DNA from: an uncultured Methanosarcinales archaeon
GTDB taxonomy: Archaea > Nanobdellota > Nanobdellia > Woesearchaeales > CAZPJY01
Length of the DNA stretch: 32,000 nucleotides
Reading direction: 5' to 3'
Assembly: GCA_964587045.1 (NCBI GenBank)
Contig: CAZPJY010000014.1
Coordinates: forward strand, 1-32,000
The position numbers and the translations under genes were made by a program. The notes below the pieces were generated by a model. It was not told the origin of the DNA. It did no database searches and worked only from the letters and a program-made list of their open reading frames with translations. This document shows positions 29,124 through 32,000 of the stretch, one piece after another. The first letter of the stretch is position 1; the number at the start of each line of letters is the position of its first letter.

Positions 29124-31007
29124 ATGGCAAGGAAGTCTTCTAACGGCACAGTCGCCCTCAAATTCAAGACCACCGACGACATCAAGGTAGGTAAGAGGAT
29201 AATAGACCAGGTCATCGGCCAGGACGACGCGGTGAACGTGATAAGGAAGGCGGCCCAGCAGCGCAGGCACGTCCTCTTGATAGGTGAGCCCGGAACTGGC
29301 AAGTCCATGCTGGGCCTTGCTCTTGCGGAGCTCTTGCCCAAGGAAAAGCTCGTTGATGTCATTTCCTTCCCCAACCCCAACGACGAGAACCAGCCGCTCA
29401 TACGGACGATGCCCGCGGGCAAGGGACGGGACCTGGTCACCAAGGCAAGGATGCAGTCCATGAGCATGTTCAAGAACCAAAACGTCCTGCTCTTCATCCT
29501 CGTCATAGCGGCGATGATCGCGCCTTGGTGGGTCCGAGCCCACTACGGATCAGACATCATGTTTGCCGCCTTCTTCCTGGGCGGCATGGTGTTCCTGGCG
29601 TCATTTGTGATATTCCTGAACCTAGGCAAGAAGATGGACAACAAGGTCCTGGTGCCTAAATTAATCGTCGACAACTTTGGGCAGAAGACAGCGCCCTTCT
29701 TCGACGCGACCGGCGCGCACGCTGGAGCCCTGCTGGGAGATGTGCTCCACGACCCGTTCCAGAGCGGCGGGCTCGGAACGCCTGCGCACGAAAGAGTTGT
29801 GGCAGGCATGATGCACAAGGCCAACATGGGCGTGCTGTTCATAGATGAGATATCAACCCTGAAGCCCAGCACGCAGCAGGACCTGCTGACAGCTCTTCAG
29901 GAGGGAAAATATCCCATAACCGGCCAGTCTGAGAGGTCAGCTGGAGCCATGGTCAGGACCGAAGCTGTCCCTTGCAGGTTCATCCTGGTGGCAGCTGGCA
30001 ACCTGGAGACCCTAAAGCACATGCACCCAGCCCTGAGGTCAAGGATAAGGGGGTACGGATACGAGGTCTACATGCAGGACACCATCCCCGACAATGAGGA
30101 TAACCGCAACAAGATAGCGGTCTTCATAGCCCAGGAGGTAAAGAAGGATGAGAAGATACCTCCCTTCTCCCGCGCCGCTGTTGAGGTGATAGTCGAGGAG
30201 GCAAGGAGGCGGGCCAATAGGAAGAACCACCTCACCCTTCGCCTGAGGGAGCTTGGAGGTCTGGTCAGGGCAGCCGGAGACCTGGCCTTGGAGCATGGGT
30301 CTAAGGTGGTGGAGCCTGAGCACATCAAAGGCGCTGAAAGGATAGCGCGGGCTCTCGAGCAGCAGATCGCCGACCAGCTAATATCGAGAAAGAAGGAGTA
30401 CGAGGTCATCAAGACCAAAGGAAAGCAGGTCGGCCGCGTCAACGGCCTAGCGGTGATCGGCGGAGGGAGCGCCTTCTCAGGCATAATCCTTCCTATAGAG
30501 TCCGAGGTAACGCCCGGCGGAAAGGAGTCAGAGATCATCGCGACAGGCAAGCTGGGCGAGATCGCAAAGGAGGCGGTCAAGAACGTCTCTGCCATCATCA
30601 AGCGCTTCTTCGGAACAGACATCAAAGGCACCTATGACATCTACGTCCAGTTCCTCCAGACCTATGAGGGCGTCGAGGGCGATTCCGCCAGCATTGCTGT
30701 AGCGACCACCATCATCTCAGCGCTGAAAAAAGTGCCTATCAAGCAAAACTATGCCATGACAGGCTCGCTCTCGGTGCGCGGCGAAGTGCTCCCTGTCGGA
30801 GGGGTGACCTACAAGATCGAGGCTGCAATCGACGCCGGAATCGAAAACGTCATCGTGCCTAGGTCCAACCTAAAGGATATAGTTATTGATTCTAAACGGC
30901 TTGCCAAGATAAAGGTCATACCTGTCGAGACCATCCTTGAGGTGCTGAAGGAGGCGCTGGACTGGACCGGGAAGACGAGCATACTCAAGCGCATCTCTGC
31001 TACATGA
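29124..31007 (+). CDS. lonB: Archaeal membrane-anchored Lon protease (LonB)
   Basis: 627 aa. Walker A is GEPGTGKSMLG. Two hydrophobic segments are inserted in the AAA+ module (VLLFILVIAAMIAPWW, FAAFFLGGMVFLASFVIFL). Walker B is VLFIDEI. The protease Ser is in GDSASIAVATTIISAL and the Lys in GGVTYKIEAA. Confidence 0.95.
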   Translation: MARKSSNGTVALKFKTTDDIKVGKRIIDQVIGQDDAVNVIRKAAQQRRHVLLIGEPGTGKSMLGLALAELLPKEKLVDVISFPNPNDENQPLIRTMPAGKGRDLVTKARMQSMSMFKNQNVLLFILVIAAMIAPWWVRAHYGSDIMFAAFFLGGMVFLASFVIFLNLGKKMDNKVLVPKLIVDNFGQKTAPFFDATGAHAGALLGDVLHDPFQSGGLGTPAHERVVAGMMHKANMGVLFIDEISTLKPSTQQDLLTALQEGKYPITGQSERSAGAMVRTEAVPCRFILVAAGNLETLKHMHPALRSRIRGYGYEVYMQDTIPDNEDNRNKIAVFIAQEVKKDEKIPPFSRAAVEVIVEEARRRANRKNHLTLRLRELGGLVRAAGDLALEHGSKVVEPEHIKGAERIARALEQQIADQLISRKKEYEVIKTKGKQVGRVNGLAVIGGGSAFSGIILPIESEVTPGGKESEIIATGKLGEIAKEAVKNVSAIIKRFFGTDIKGTYDIYVQFLQTYEGVEGDSASIAVATTIISALKKVPIKQNYAMTGSLSVRGEVLPVGGVTYKIEAAIDAGIENVIVPRSNLKDIVIDSKRLAKIKVIPVETILEVLKEALDWTGKTSILKRISAT

Positions 31008-32000
31008 GCGATTCCATGTTCTGGGGGAAGGGAGTTGATGCGCGAATGTCCCCTGACCTAAGCGCGTACTGCGTAACCCTGTTCACCCCTATACCGCAGC
31101 CCGCGTGGGGCAGGCTGCCGTGCATCTCCATCCCCTCGAGATACCATGAGAAGTCCTCGATTGAGCCTCCGCGCCTCTCAAGCTGCGAAAGCATCGGCGA
31201 CTCCTTCAGCCTCCGTCTCAGGGAGGTGTGTTCGAACTCCCTCTCAGCTGCGCCAACCGCCTCGCCGCTGTAGGGCAGGATGAGGTCGACGCTGTTGACA
31301 ACCGTTCTGTCGTCGCCGTTCTCCCGCATGTTGAAGAACTTGATCGCCTTTGGGTAGTGGGTTATGAAGAGCGGCACTGACCCGACCTTCTCTGAAAGGT
31401 ATGCCTCATGGGAGCTCTTGAGGTCGTCACCCCACTCAACGCCTTCCAGCGTATTGACCGCTTCTGTGTAGGTCATCCTCTTAAACGGGAGTGTTAGCTG
31501 TTCCATGTGGCTGATGTCTATGCCGAGGCTCTTGAACTCATTGTACCCTTCGATGGTCGCTGATGAGATCATTGAGAAGATGGTCTCCTCGATGTGTTTC
31601 AGCAGCTCCTCCATGTCGCCAGGGAACTCGATCTCTGCCAGGGTGAACTCTGTCAGGTGCCTGCCGTCCACTTTGGGCTCTGCTCTGAAGCTGGGCCCTA
31701 TGCAGTAAACCTTCCCAAGGGTTGGTACGAGGGATTCGAGGTACAGCTGGCCGGTCTGGCAGAGGTATCCTGTCTTTCCGAAGAAGTCCAGTCCGAATAG
31801 GGTGTCTATGTTTTCGCACGCGCCTGTGGCCTTGGTTATGTGGGGCACCACAACCTCTTTGAACCCCGCCTCATCAAAGTACTTCCTTGCGCCTTTTAGC
31901 AGGAGCCCCTCGATTGCCGCCACCGACTGGAAAGCCGGTTTCCTGAAGTGCTTGTAGCGTTGTGCCGTGTCTGACAGGTCGTTTAGGGCTGTCGCTATTG
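31000..32000 (-). CDS. Class IIb aminoacyl-tRNA synthetase catalytic core, AsnRS-like (3' two-thirds; the gene continues past the right edge)
   Basis: The reading frame stays open upstream of the GTG at 31923 to the window end (...IATALNDLSDTAQRYKHFRKPAFQS-VAAIEG). Motifs: QTGQLYLES, GPSFRAEPKVDGRHLTEF (motif 2) and GCGIGVNRVTQYALRSGDIRASTPFP (motif 3). The stop overlaps the lonB 3' end by 8 nt. Confidence 0.65.
   Translation of the reverse strand, partial: IATALNDLSDTAQRYKHFRKPAFQSVAAIEGLLLKGARKYFDEAGFKEVVVPHITKATGACENIDTLFGLDFFGKTGYLCQTGQLYLESLVPTLGKVYCIGPSFRAEPKVDGRHLTEFTLAEIEFPGDMEELLKHIEETIFSMISSATIEGYNEFKSLGIDISHMEQLTLPFKRMTYTEAVNTLEGVEWGDDLKSSHEAYLSEKVGSVPLFITHYPKAIKFFNMRENGDDRTVVNSVDLILPYSGEAVGAAEREFEHTSLRRRLKESPMLSQLERRGGSIEDFSWYLEGMEMHGSLPHAGCGIGVNRVTQYALRSGDIRASTPFPQNMESLM

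Noticed and set aside
1-32000. CRISPR arrays, tandem repeats, IS elements, integrases and rRNA genes.
   Set aside because: Reading through all intergenic spacers (the longest are about 340 nt at 18846-19186 and about 180 nt at 19600-19778), I found no regularly spaced direct repeats, no terminal inverted repeats flanking a transposase-like ORF, and no integrase- or recombinase-like translation. I cannot exclude diverged repeats without a computational self-alignment.

Overview
The window is a compact segment of an archaeal chromosome. GC is moderate, roughly half by eye (not computed). Intergenic spacers are very short and many start/stop codons overlap.

Archaeal identity rests on these genes:
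- Alba (13561-13845).
- The conserved exosome/proteasome superoperon Pop5-PsmA-SBDS-Rrp4-Rrp41-Rrp42-RpoK (23802-28089, minus strand).
- A membrane-anchored LonB protease.
- ArgRS, an AsnRS-like class II aaRS that runs off the right edge, and two intron-less tRNAs without encoded CCA: Pro-CGG and Arg-UCG.

Nearly every gene has the same TATA motif (consensus about cTTTATAAATAg) ending 20-23 nt upstream of its start codon. This implies mostly leaderless mRNAs. A few genes (Alba, the GH13 enzyme, the Cys-rich protein) instead have long Shine-Dalgarno sites.

Three accessory stretches stand out:
1. 2.9-7.5 kb: a TolC-like outer-membrane-factor gene and a small signal-peptide beta-barrel-like gene ending in GFEF. 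Both are bacterial outer-membrane hallmarks. They are interleaved with three unrecognisable genes, and all are driven by the native archaeal promoter motif. This is the most unusual content of the window.
2. 7.5-13 kb: an alpha-glucan/trehalose module (GlgE-like GH13, nucleotidyltransferase-like protein, TreT-like GT4) that encloses a secreted 22-Cys protein.
3. 18.8-23.8 kb: a run of small uncharacterised genes. It includes a translationally coupled five-gene operon: a membrane protein with a duplicated helical module, a wHTH protein, a YraN/Hjc-like PD-(D/E)xK protein, a Zn-ribbon/Ada-like Zn protein and a small membrane protein.

No CRISPR array, rRNA, transposase or integrase was seen. All family calls come from motif recognition by eye; no database search was run.
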